Assembly (NCBI GenBank): GCA_038843675.1
Contig: JAWBRV010000004.1
Location: 20,442-84,441 of the forward strand
Length of the DNA: 64,000 nt
Reading direction: 5' to 3'
Source: Candidatus Bathyarchaeia archaeon
GTDB lineage: Archaea; Thermoproteota; Bathyarchaeia; 40CM-2-53-6; CALIRQ01
The notes beneath the pieces are model-generated. The model searched no databases and was not told where the DNA came from. It saw only the letters and a list, made by a program, of their open reading frames with translations. This document shows positions 29,131 to 38,018 of the stretch, piece by piece; the stretch's first letter is position 1; each line of letters begins with the position of its first letter. Made by a program: the position numbers and the translations under genes.

Positions 29131-30192
29131 ATGTCGAATCAAGGGGCGGGAAGTGCGCTGATCCGCTTCGACCCGAATGAGTATTATAAGAGGCAGATCG
29201 CCCTTCGCGAGCTCGGCCGCGAGGGACAGGAGAGGCTGAGGCGATCTAAGGTCGCCGTCGTAGGGCTCGGGGGGTTGGGGAGCCCCGCCGCCACCTATTT
29301 GGCCTTGGCGGGAGTCGGCCATCTCCGCCTCATAGATCAGGATACGGTGGAGCTACACAACCTGCACAGGCAGACCCTGTATACGATCGATGAGCTAAGG
29401 TACCCGAAGGCCGAGGTGGCCGCGAAGAGAATAGCCAAGATGAACCCAGAAGTTAAGGTTGAGCCGATCTCAGAGAACCTGAGGAGGGGGAACGTGGATG
29501 CGATCCTAGAGGGCGTGGACTGCGTCGTAGATGGCTTGGATAATATGATGACCCGCTACATAGTCAACGAGGCATGCGTTAGGAAGGGCATCCCATACGT
29601 TTATGCCGCCGTGATAGGCTTCGAGGGTTGCCTCTCGGTCTTCAGGCCCCCGAGGACCCCCTGCCTAGCGTGCATATTCCCAAGCTTGGACGATCGAGGC
29701 CTCCCGAGCTGCGAAACGCGCGGGATCCTCGGCGCCACGGCCGGGATCGTGGGCGCGATGGAGGCGATGGAGGCCGTAAAGGTGCTCGCGGGGATCGATT
29801 CGATCGAGGGCCACCTCCTGATCTGCGATTTCATCGATATGTACATCTCCAAGGTCGACGTCTGGAGGAATCCGAAGTGCCCGGTCTGCGGGGAGGGTGG
29901 GCGAGGGGAGGGGATCGGCGCGCCGGAGAGGCTCGTTTGGCTATGCGGCCGGGATACGGTGAACGTGAACCCAAGGGAGCCCTTGGATTTGAGCATCGAG
30001 GAGATGCGCGATCGTTTGAGCGGGAAATTCAAGATCCTGCTCGGCTCGCCCTTCGTCATCGTCTTCGAGCGCGATGGGATCGAGGTCAGCTTGTTCAAGG
30101 GGGGGAGGATGCTCATGAGGAACGTGAAGGACGAGGAAGATGCGTTGAGGATCTACGAGGAGGTCATGGGATATCTAACGGGGAGGGGGTGA
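29131..30192 (+). CDS. Second E1-like ThiF/MoeB-family protein with homologous C-terminal extension
   Basis: VGLGGLGS, CLAC…CPVCG zinc motif, and a C-terminal 90 aa resembling that of the first E1. Confidence 0.75.
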   Translation: MSNQGAGSALIRFDPNEYYKRQIALRELGREGQERLRRSKVAVVGLGGLGSPAATYLALAGVGHLRLIDQDTVELHNLHRQTLYTIDELRYPKAEVAAKRIAKMNPEVKVEPISENLRRGNVDAILEGVDCVVDGLDNMMTRYIVNEACVRKGIPYVYAAVIGFEGCLSVFRPPRTPCLACIFPSLDDRGLPSCETRGILGATAGIVGAMEAMEAVKVLAGIDSIEGHLLICDFIDMYISKVDVWRNPKCPVCGEGGRGEGIGAPERLVWLCGRDTVNVNPREPLDLSIEEMRDRLSGKFKILLGSPFVIVFERDGIEVSLFKGGRMLMRNVKDEEDALRIYEEVMGYLTGRG

Positions 30193-30359
30193 GCCACGAT
30201 GGGCGAGCGGCGGCCCCTATGGATAACGCCTACGAATATTTTTTAACCTCCTATAACGCTAATCGAAGAGCGCCCCGCCGATCCAAACGGAACGGGCGGT
30301 GATGGGGATCGTCAAAGGGGTTCAGGATAAACCACCCCTCGATCTCGCTCGAGATTGCC

Positions 30360-31166
30360 TTGGAGGAGGTCGAGGGGCTTCGCCTCCATGAGGAGGTTAT
30401 ACCGAGCGTTGTGAGGGAACTGGCGGATAGGATAAGGGCCGATGGAGTTTTCATGCATCCAATAATCGTGGACGAGGGGAGCCTCGTCGTCCTTGATGGG
30501 ATGCATCGGGTTGCGGCCGCGAGGGAGATCGGATATAAATTCATCCCGGTATGCCTCGTCGATTATAACAACCCGAGCATACAGATAGGAGCTTGGTATA
30601 GGCTGTTGAGCGGCCCGGTGGATATGGAGAGGGTGCCGGCCATGCTCGAGGATTTGGGCCTTAGCGCGGAAAGGACCTCCTTGGATTCTGCCCATGGGCT
30701 CTTGGAGGGGAGGGGGGCGATCGCCGCCATATTCTCCAAGGACGAATGCTTCCTTGTGAAAGGGCCGAGGGGCGGGATCAAGGAAACCTATGATGTCATT
30801 AAGATGGTAGAAGAGAGGTTCCTTTCGGAGGGATGCTCGATAGGCTATGATGACGAGGATGGGGCGATGGAGAGGGTCCGCTCGGGCGAGGCGCCCGCCT
30901 CCATCATGACGCCTACAATCTCCAAGAGGGAGGTGATCGAAACGGCCTTGGCCGGGAAGGTCTTCATACAAAAATCCACGCGCCACATAATCCCGGCTAG
31001 GCCCATGTTCATAAATGTCCCCGCCGAATTGCTCACCGGGGCCTTAAGCCTATCCGAAGCGAACGATCGCCTCGTCGCCATGCTATCCTCGAAGGAGCTT
31101 AAGCGGCTCCCCCCGGGCCAAGTCCTCGATCGCCGCTATAGGGAGGAGCTTTACATCTTCCTATGA
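30360..31166 (+). CDS. ParB/Srx-fold protein, SerK-like (candidate ADP-dependent serine kinase)
   Basis: LVVLDGMHR, a DGHHR-like motif, and N-terminal LEEVEGLRLHEEVIP. The start is uncertain: TTG 30360 or a frameshifted ATG 30302. Confidence 0.55.
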   Translation: MEEVEGLRLHEEVIPSVVRELADRIRADGVFMHPIIVDEGSLVVLDGMHRVAAAREIGYKFIPVCLVDYNNPSIQIGAWYRLLSGPVDMERVPAMLEDLGLSAERTSLDSAHGLLEGRGAIAAIFSKDECFLVKGPRGGIKETYDVIKMVEERFLSEGCSIGYDDEDGAMERVRSGEAPASIMTPTISKREVIETALAGKVFIQKSTRHIIPARPMFINVPAELLTGALSLSEANDRLVAMLSSKELKRLPPGQVLDRRYREELYIFL

Positions 31167-31178
31167 GGCCTACGACCC

Positions 31179-31448
31179 CTATCCCAAGAGGTCTTCGAGG
31201 ACCCTCTCCGCCTCCTCCTTGTTCTTCGGGCCCTTCATAAGGACCTTCCCAGTCCTATATAACCGTAATGAGGTGCCCCTAAAGGAGATATCGAGGACCA
31301 GCCCTGAGATGGATCTATCGACTTGGCCCTTTTGGAGGATCCTCCTTATAGCCTCATCCCTCTTTCCATGCCTCAGCGTCGCCACGAAATGCCTCTCCTC
31401 CCCGCAGGTCTCCTCGAGCGTGGAAACGTATTCCTTGATGGCGGACAT
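31179..31448 (-). CDS. Hypothetical small protein
   Basis: 89 aa ORF abutting the sufS stop; no family recognised. Confidence 0.35.
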   Translation of the reverse strand: MSAIKEYVSTLEETCGEERHFVATLRHGKRDEAIRRILQKGQVDRSISGLVLDISFRGTSLRLYRTGKVLMKGPKNKEEAERVLEDLLG

Positions 31449-32689
31449 CAGCCCTGGCCCTTCCTTATCTCCTCTAGGGCCTCGATCAGCTTATCGACCT
31501 CCTCCTTGAGGTTGTAGATGTAAAAGCTGGCCCTCACGGATCCCTTCAACCCGAGCCTTTGGTGGAGCGGCTCCGCGCAATGGAAGCCGCTCCTGACCAT
31601 TATGCCGAATTGATCCAAGAGGAGCGCCAAGTCGTGCGGATCAAATCCATCCATATTAAACGACACTATTCCCCCCCTCTCCGAACTAGGGCCGGGGCCA
31701 TACCATTCGATCCCATCAACTCCCTCGAGCCTCTTTAGAGCGTAATTCGCCAACTCCGCCTCATGCCTTTCCACGTTCTCCATGCCCAACCCTCTCAAGT
31801 ACCTCACGGCCTCCATTAGGCCGACCGCTCCGCCCACGTTCGGGGTCCCCGCCTCGAACTTCCACGGGAGCTCGTTGTACGTGATCCTGCAGGTCCCATC
31901 CGATTTGTTATACCTTACCTCCCTTATCATCTCCCCGCCCCCCAAGAAGGGCTCCATATCCCTCAGTATATCCCGCCTCCCATAGAGCACGCCGATCCCG
32001 GTCGGGGCGAGCATCTTATGCCCCGAGAAGGCCAAGAAGTCTATCCCGAGCCTTTCGACATCGATGGGCATATGGGGAACGGATTGGGCCCCATCCACAA
32101 CGACCATGGCGCCATTATCGCGAGCGATCTTCGATATCCTCCTAAGATCGTTCTTGACCCCAGTGACGTTCGAGACGTGCGTTACGCAAACGAGCCTCGT
32201 CCTATTCGTTACGAGGTTCTCAAGGCCCTCGTAATCCAATACGCCCTCTTCGTTTATATCCGCGTATTTGACCTTGAACCCCCTCATCCTCGAGACGTTC
32301 TCCCAAGGCACTATGTTGCTATGGTGATCCATCAGCGTGACCACTACCTCGTCCCCCGGGCCCAAGCCCTTGAGGCAGAGGGAATAGGCCACGAGGTTTA
32401 TCGCCTCCGTGGCGTTCTTTGTGAATATTATCTCTTCGATCCCCCCGGCCCCTATGAACTCCGCGACCTCCTCGTGGGCCCTCTCGTAAAGCTCCGATGC
32501 CTCTTGAGAAAGCGTATGGACCCCCCTGTGCACGTTCGCGTTATGCTCCTCGTAAAACCTCTTCACCGCCTCTATGACTTGGATCGGCTTCTGGGAAGTC
32601 GCCGCGTTATCGAAGTAGATCAGGGGCTTCCCCTCGATTTCCCTCTTCAATATGGGGAAGTCCTCCCTGATCCTATACGGATCAAACAT
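31448..32689 (-). CDS. sufS: Cysteine desulfurase, SufS-type
   Basis: Class V aminotransferase with the RSGFHCA active-site cysteine loop; 413 aa. Confidence 0.8.
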   Translation of the reverse strand: MFDPYRIREDFPILKREIEGKPLIYFDNAATSQKPIQVIEAVKRFYEEHNANVHRGVHTLSQEASELYERAHEEVAEFIGAGGIEEIIFTKNATEAINLVAYSLCLKGLGPGDEVVVTLMDHHSNIVPWENVSRMRGFKVKYADINEEGVLDYEGLENLVTNRTRLVCVTHVSNVTGVKNDLRRISKIARDNGAMVVVDGAQSVPHMPIDVERLGIDFLAFSGHKMLAPTGIGVLYGRRDILRDMEPFLGGGEMIREVRYNKSDGTCRITYNELPWKFEAGTPNVGGAVGLMEAVRYLRGLGMENVERHEAELANYALKRLEGVDGIEWYGPGPSSERGGIVSFNMDGFDPHDLALLLDQFGIMVRSGFHCAEPLHQRLGLKGSVRASFYIYNLKEEVDKLIEALEEIRKGQG

Positions 32690-33176
32690 CGGATCCTCCT
32701 CCCCCGACCCTTCTGGATAGGACTTCCGCCAGCTCCTCCTCCTCGAGGGCTTGCTTCTCCTCGAACGTCAACCCCTCCGGCATCCAAGCCGGCGCAATGC
32801 CCTTGCGCTTATAATATGCCCTTATGGCGCGCCTCAGGGCCCCCACTGCCAATATGCCGCAGTGGAACTTTATCGATGGCAAGCCCCCTACCTCCTCCGC
32901 TATTCCCTTCCAGGATATCTTCCAAGCCTCCTCGAGGCTTTTCCCCTTTATCATCTCCGTCAATATGCTCGACGTAGCTATGTTCGCGGCGCAACCATAG
33001 CTCTCGAACGTCGCCCTCTCTATGACGTCCGCCTCATTGATCTTGAGGTAGAAGGTTATCATATCGCCGCATGCGGGATTCCCGGCCACCGCTTGAACCG
33101 TCGCGTCCTCCATCCTCCCGAGGTTCTTCGGGTTCCTGAACAGTTCGAGGACCTTTTTGCTATATGGGAGCGGCAT
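32682..33176 (-). CDS. sufU: SufU/IscU-family Fe-S scaffold or sulfur acceptor
   Basis: Conserved cysteines (NPACGD…CAA…HC) of the NifU N-terminal domain. Confidence 0.75.
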   Translation of the reverse strand: MPLPYSKKVLELFRNPKNLGRMEDATVQAVAGNPACGDMITFYLKINEADVIERATFESYGCAANIATSSILTEMIKGKSLEEAWKISWKGIAEEVGGLPSIKFHCGILAVGALRRAIRAYYKRKGIAPAWMPEGLTFEEKQALEEEELAEVLSRRVGGGGSDV

Positions 33177-33187
33177 CCTAGACGTCC

Positions 33188-34402
33188 TCAGCCACCCCCC
33201 ATGGAGCCGTATATGGCCCTGAGCCTTCCCACGGCCTTCGGGATTTCCCTCAATACATAATCTATATCTTCATCGGTATGCTGCCTCGTGACCTTCATCA
33301 GGATGCTGCCATGCGCCTCCTCGAACCTCCTTCCTATGGCCGTTAGGACGTGGCTCGGCTGGAGCATCCGCCTCGTGCAGGCGCTCCCGCTCGAAACGTA
33401 TATGCCCCTCAGGCTGAGCTCTATAGTCAGGGCCTCACCCTCGCACCTGAGGAAGCTTATATTAACGTTATCGGGGGCCCTTTTGTCGCCCCTTGGGCCG
33501 TTCAGCTTCGTATCCTCCACGCCCGAGAGTATCCCATCGATTAGCCTATCCCTGAGGCGCCTCATATAGGAAACGTTCGCCTCGAAGCCATCGAAGGCCC
33601 TCCTCGAGGCCGCGGCGAAGCCCACTATCAGCGGGGTATTCTCCACGCCTGGCCAAAGCCTCTGCGTCCCAATCTGGCCCTCCAAGATCCTCTCCACCTC
33701 AATGCCCTCCCTCACGTATAGGGCCCCAATCCCCCTCGGCCCGGAGATCTTATAGCTGCTCAAAGTCGCCATGTCCACCCCCAGCTCGCCCACATTGAAG
33801 GGGATCCTGCCATAGGCATCGGAGGCGTCCGTATGGAAGAGCGCCCCGGGGCCGCGATCCTTCACTATATCTATGGCCTCCCTTATCGGCTCTATCGTGC
33901 CTATCTCGTTACTGACGGACGTTAAGCTGACGAGGACAGTTTCCCCATCGGCCTCCTCCTTCAACCTCTCCAAGTCTATGAAGCCCTCGCCATCGACCGG
34001 GATCTTCACCAACTTGAAGCCGCGCCTCTCCAGCATTTGGCAAACGTGGAGCACGCTCAGGGGCTCGATCTCGGATACGATTATCTTTCCTCCCCCCTTC
34101 TTCGCGAGGGATCCCATGAGGGCCAAGTTATTGGCCTCCGTCTCCCCGGGCGTGAAGGTTATCTCTTCCGGGCTCGCGCCTATGGAGCGCGCTATCCCCT
34201 CGGCCGAGTCCATTATCGCCTCGTACGCCTCCCAGCCGGGCTTATGGGTTATCGTCGGATTGCCGTATGAGGATTCGTTGAAGTACGGGAGCATGGCCCG
34301 AACGATTTCGTCGGGGACCCGGCTTGAGTTCTCGGAATCCAGGTAGACTTCCCTCTCTATGCCTGCATGGGCCTTCAGGAGCTCCTCCACATCCGCCCTC
34401 AA
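33188..34402 (-). CDS. iscS: Cysteine desulfurase, IscS/NifS-type
   Basis: SSGSAC active-site loop and SYKISGPRGIG PLP-lysine region. Confidence 0.8.
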   Translation of the reverse strand: MRADVEELLKAHAGIEREVYLDSENSSRVPDEIVRAMLPYFNESSYGNPTITHKPGWEAYEAIMDSAEGIARSIGASPEEITFTPGETEANNLALMGSLAKKGGGKIIVSEIEPLSVLHVCQMLERRGFKLVKIPVDGEGFIDLERLKEEADGETVLVSLTSVSNEIGTIEPIREAIDIVKDRGPGALFHTDASDAYGRIPFNVGELGVDMATLSSYKISGPRGIGALYVREGIEVERILEGQIGTQRLWPGVENTPLIVGFAAASRRAFDGFEANVSYMRRLRDRLIDGILSGVEDTKLNGPRGDKRAPDNVNISFLRCEGEALTIELSLRGIYVSSGSACTRRMLQPSHVLTAIGRRFEEAHGSILMKVTRQHTDEDIDYVLREIPKAVGRLRAIYGSMGGG

Positions 34403-34554
34403 TCGCCATCCGGATTAGCATCGAATGCCCTCCCTATTATGTTTATCGATGTTCTAATAACTCCGTTAGCATCGAGGCCATCAGCTCGGTCGAGCGTTAA
34501 TAACGACATTATCGAGCTGAAGGTTTTTAAGGCCGAATGGCTTAAGCCATCGTC

Positions 34555-34980
34555 GTGTTAGCTTTGAAGAAGAAGGTATTGTTCATATGCACCCATAACT
34601 CGGCCAGATCACAGATGGCGGAGGGCTTCCTCAGGGCCCTTTATGGCGATGAATACGAGGCCTATAGCGGGGGCACGGAGCCCAAGGGCATCGATCCCCG
34701 CGCAGTAAAGGTCATGGCCGAGGTCGGGGTAGATATATCGAGGCAAAGGTCTAAGGGCCTCGAGGAGTTCGAGGGGATGGAATTTGATTATGTCGTAACG
34801 GTTTGCGATCGCGCTAAGGAGGCATGCCCATTCTTCCCGGGCGGGAAGATATTCCTCCATAAGGGCTTTGAAGATCCATCGCAACTGAAGGGGACGGAGG
34901 AGGAGATATTGGCGGGCTTCAGGAAGGTTAGGGATGAGATCAGGGATTGGATCGAGGAAACCTTCGGCGGGGCGGCATAA
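34555..34980 (+). CDS. arsC: Arsenate reductase, LMW-PTP family
   Basis: CTHNSARS (CX5R) P-loop plus downstream cysteines. Confidence 0.7.
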   Translation: MLALKKKVLFICTHNSARSQMAEGFLRALYGDEYEAYSGGTEPKGIDPRAVKVMAEVGVDISRQRSKGLEEFEGMEFDYVVTVCDRAKEACPFFPGGKIFLHKGFEDPSQLKGTEEEILAGFRKVRDEIRDWIEETFGGAA

Positions 34981-34988
34981 GGCGTATG

Positions 34989-35025
34989 GGAATTTAATCC
35001 ACCCAATGATATGTTTAAATTCCCA
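34989..35025. repeat. 10-bp inverted repeat GGGAATTTAA-N16-TTAAATTCCC
   Basis: Perfect reverse-complement arms between arsC and the nitroreductase gene. Confidence 0.5.
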
Positions 35026-35074
35026 AAATGTATTATCAAACCGTTATCGAACGGTCGCATTGGGGTGAAATGGA

Positions 35075-35638
35075 TTGAATGTGATCGATGCCATAAGGGA
35101 GAGGAGGGCTTATCGCTCCCTAGACCCCATCGAGGTGACGGGCGAATTGATAAGGGATTTGGCCGAGGCCGCCCGGCTCGCCCCCTCCTGTTTCAACAAT
35201 CAGCCTTGGAGGTTCGTATTCGTCCACGATCCCAAGGCCTTGGAGGGGGTGCGCCGAGCCCTCTCGAGTGGGAACGAGTGGGCCAAATCGGCCTCGATGA
35301 TAGTGGCGGTGGTGAGCAAGAGGGATTACGATTGTGTGATTAAGGGGAGGGAATATTACCTATTCGATACGGGCATGGCGACGGCGCTCCTCATCCTCAG
35401 GGCAACCGAGCTAGGGCTCGTGGCCCATCCTATAGCCGGATACGATGAGGAGGCGGTAAAGGGCGCGCTCGGGATCCCGGCCGATATGACCGTGATAACC
35501 TTGGTGATAATCGGGAAGCGCTCCGGAGCCTTGAGCCCCCTCCTCTCGGAGAAGCAGGCCGAGGCGGAGCTGAGGAGGCCCGAGAGGCTATCCTTGGAGA
35601 GGTTCGCATTCGAGGATCGCTTCCCCGTTGAAGGCTAG
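35075..35638 (+). CDS. Nitroreductase-family protein
   Basis: ERRAYRS and CFNNQPWRFV motifs. Confidence 0.7.
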   Translation: MNVIDAIRERRAYRSLDPIEVTGELIRDLAEAARLAPSCFNNQPWRFVFVHDPKALEGVRRALSSGNEWAKSASMIVAVVSKRDYDCVIKGREYYLFDTGMATALLILRATELGLVAHPIAGYDEEAVKGALGIPADMTVITLVIIGKRSGALSPLLSEKQAEAELRRPERLSLERFAFEDRFPVEG

Positions 35639-35744
35639 CCCTTTGGCGAGCCCCAGAGGCCCTTCTCGCCCCTCAATCGAGGATCGATTCATGGCGATTC
35701 CATGCCCGGCTAAGGAAAGTTTAAATCCGGCCCTTTAGTTAACA

Positions 35745-38000
35745 ATGATATATATTCGCCTCGGAACGGGGAACTCGATGCGCTCCAACGGAAAGGGACG
35801 AGGCCAAAGCCACCATGGTCGCCACACCCACCGTGGCCATCACAATCACGCCCACCATATTGAGGATTTCAAGAGGAGGTTCTTGGCATCAGCAGCGCTG
35901 ACGATACCGATCCTCCTCCTCTCCGAGATGATCCAGGAATGGCTCGGCCTGAGGTTCAGGATCCCGCTCCAAGGGGAGGCCCTCCTGCTCCTCTCCTCCA
36001 TCGTTTACCTCTACGGCGGATCGCCCTTCATTAGGGGCGCGCTTGAGGAGATCAAGGGCCGGCGGCCCGGCATGATGACCTTGATAGGGATGGCGATCTC
36101 GGTGGCCTTCTTCTACTCGGCCGGGGCCGCGCTGTTCTCATTGGGCAAGGACTTCTTCTGGGAGCTCGCTACCTTGATAGACGTAATGCTCCTCGGGCAT
36201 TGGGTCGAGGCCAAGAGCGTCTTGGGGGCCTCGAGAGCCTTGGAGGAGCTTGTTGGGCTATTGCCCGCGACCGCCCACCTCATCAGGGATGGCGGGGTGG
36301 AGGACGTCCCAGCCTCTAGCCTAAAGGCGGGCGACGTGGTCCTCGTCCGCCCCGGCGAGAGGATCCCCTCGGACGGCCTCGTGATCGAGGGCGAATCATC
36401 CGCCATCGAGGCCCTGCTGACGGGGGAATCAAAGCCCGTTCGGAAGGGGGTTGGGGACAACGTCATAGGGGGCTCGGTGAACGCCGAGGGGGCCCTGAAG
36501 GTGAGGATTGAGAGGACCGGGGAGGAAACGTACATAGCGCAAGTCATAAGGCTCGTGAGGCAGGCGCAGGAAAGCCGGTCCAGGACTCAGGATTTGGCCG
36601 ATAGGGCGGCGGCGCTGCTCTTCTACATAGCCCTCGCGGCCGGAGCCCTGACGTACGCCGCATGGGCGCCCAGCGGCCCGGCGGCGGCTTTGGAGAGGGC
36701 GGTCACCGTCCTCGTCATAGCCTGCCCCCACGCCCTGGGCCTAGCCATACCGCTCGTCGTCGCTTTATCCACCTCTATAACGGCGAAGGGAGGGATCCTG
36801 GTAAGGAATAGGGGGGCCTTCGAGAGGGCCAAGGATGTGGACGCGGTCATATTCGATAAAACGGGGACTTTGACCGAGGGGAGCTTCGGCGTTAGCGACG
36901 TGATCCCCTTCTCCTCCGAGGAGGAGCTCCTCGGATTGGCGGCGGGCCTCGAGCTCAACTCGGAGCACGTCATAGCCAAGGCCATAGTGGAATATGCGAA
37001 GGGGAAGGGCGTTAGGGTGCCTTCGGTGGAGGGTTTCGAATCGATGCCCGGCAAGGGGGCGCGCGGGAGGGTCGGGGGCAGGGAGATCTGCGTTGGGGGG
37101 CAAGCCCTTTTGGATGGAATGGGGGTGAGGATCGAGGACCCGAGGATAAGAGAGCTCCAAGCGCAGGGCAAGACCGTTGTGTTCGTTTTGGCCGATGGGA
37201 GGCCCCTCGGGGCAATAGCCCTCTCCGATAGGATAAGGGAGGAATCCCGGGAGGCGGTGGAGGAGCTGAGGGGCATGGGCATAAGCGTCTATATGCTGAC
37301 CGGGGACTCGGTGGAGGTCGCCCGCTGGGTGGCTAGGGAGCTGGGCATAAGGGATTACTTCGCCCAGGTCCTCCCTCATCAGAAGGTCGAGAAGGTTGAG
37401 CTCCTTAAGAGGAGGGGCCATAGGGTCGCCATGGTGGGCGATGGCATTAACGATGCGCCGGCCCTCGCCGCTGCCGATGTGGGCATAGCCATAGGCGCCG
37501 GGACCGATGTTGCCATTGAGAGCGCGGATATAATCCTCGTTAGGAACGATCCCAGGGACGTCCCCAAGGCCATAAGGATCTCGAGGAGGGCCTACTCCAA
37601 GATGGTCCAGAACCTTTGGTGGGCATCCGGCTATAACGCGATCGCGATACCGCTCGCGGCTGGGGCCCTATCGGGCCTCGGGATATCCGTGAGCCCGGCG
37701 GTGGGCGCCATCGTAATGTCCCTCAGCACGATCATAGTGGCCCTCAATAGCCAAGCCCTGAGGAAGCATGAGCCAAGGGGGCCGGAGATGGCGGAGAGGG
37801 AGCATTTGACAATCGATCCCATTTGCGGAATGATGGTCGAGCCCGAGGAGGCCGCCGGGAGGGCCGAGGTTGGGAAGTACGTGATCTATTTCTGCTCCAA
37901 GGGTTGTGAGGAGGAGTTCAAGAAGGATCCGAGCGGGTATTTGAAGAAGGCGCTGAGGGCTAGGGCCAAGTCCGAGCCGGAGCGCCATCATCGCCATTGA
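35745..38000 (+). CDS. copB: P1B-type copper ATPase, CopB-like, with His-rich N-terminus and C-terminal TRASH/YHS domain
   Basis: DKTGTLT, CPH, GDGINDAP, N-terminal HHGRHTHRGHHNHAHH, C-terminal CGMMV…CSKGC. Confidence 0.8.
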   Translation: MIYIRLGTGNSMRSNGKGRGQSHHGRHTHRGHHNHAHHIEDFKRRFLASAALTIPILLLSEMIQEWLGLRFRIPLQGEALLLLSSIVYLYGGSPFIRGALEEIKGRRPGMMTLIGMAISVAFFYSAGAALFSLGKDFFWELATLIDVMLLGHWVEAKSVLGASRALEELVGLLPATAHLIRDGGVEDVPASSLKAGDVVLVRPGERIPSDGLVIEGESSAIEALLTGESKPVRKGVGDNVIGGSVNAEGALKVRIERTGEETYIAQVIRLVRQAQESRSRTQDLADRAAALLFYIALAAGALTYAAWAPSGPAAALERAVTVLVIACPHALGLAIPLVVALSTSITAKGGILVRNRGAFERAKDVDAVIFDKTGTLTEGSFGVSDVIPFSSEEELLGLAAGLELNSEHVIAKAIVEYAKGKGVRVPSVEGFESMPGKGARGRVGGREICVGGQALLDGMGVRIEDPRIRELQAQGKTVVFVLADGRPLGAIALSDRIREESREAVEELRGMGISVYMLTGDSVEVARWVARELGIRDYFAQVLPHQKVEKVELLKRRGHRVAMVGDGINDAPALAAADVGIAIGAGTDVAIESADIILVRNDPRDVPKAIRISRRAYSKMVQNLWWASGYNAIAIPLAAGALSGLGISVSPAVGAIVMSLSTIIVALNSQALRKHEPRGPEMAEREHLTIDPICGMMVEPEEAAGRAEVGKYVIYFCSKGCEEEFKKDPSGYLKKALRARAKSEPERHHRH

Positions 38001-38018
38001 GGGGGATTTTCGCCGATA

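Noticed and set aside
35745-35777. CopB N-terminal MIYIRLGTGNS extension
   Set aside because: The start may be the internal MRSNGKGRG; this cannot be resolved from sequence, so the ORF start is kept with a caveat.
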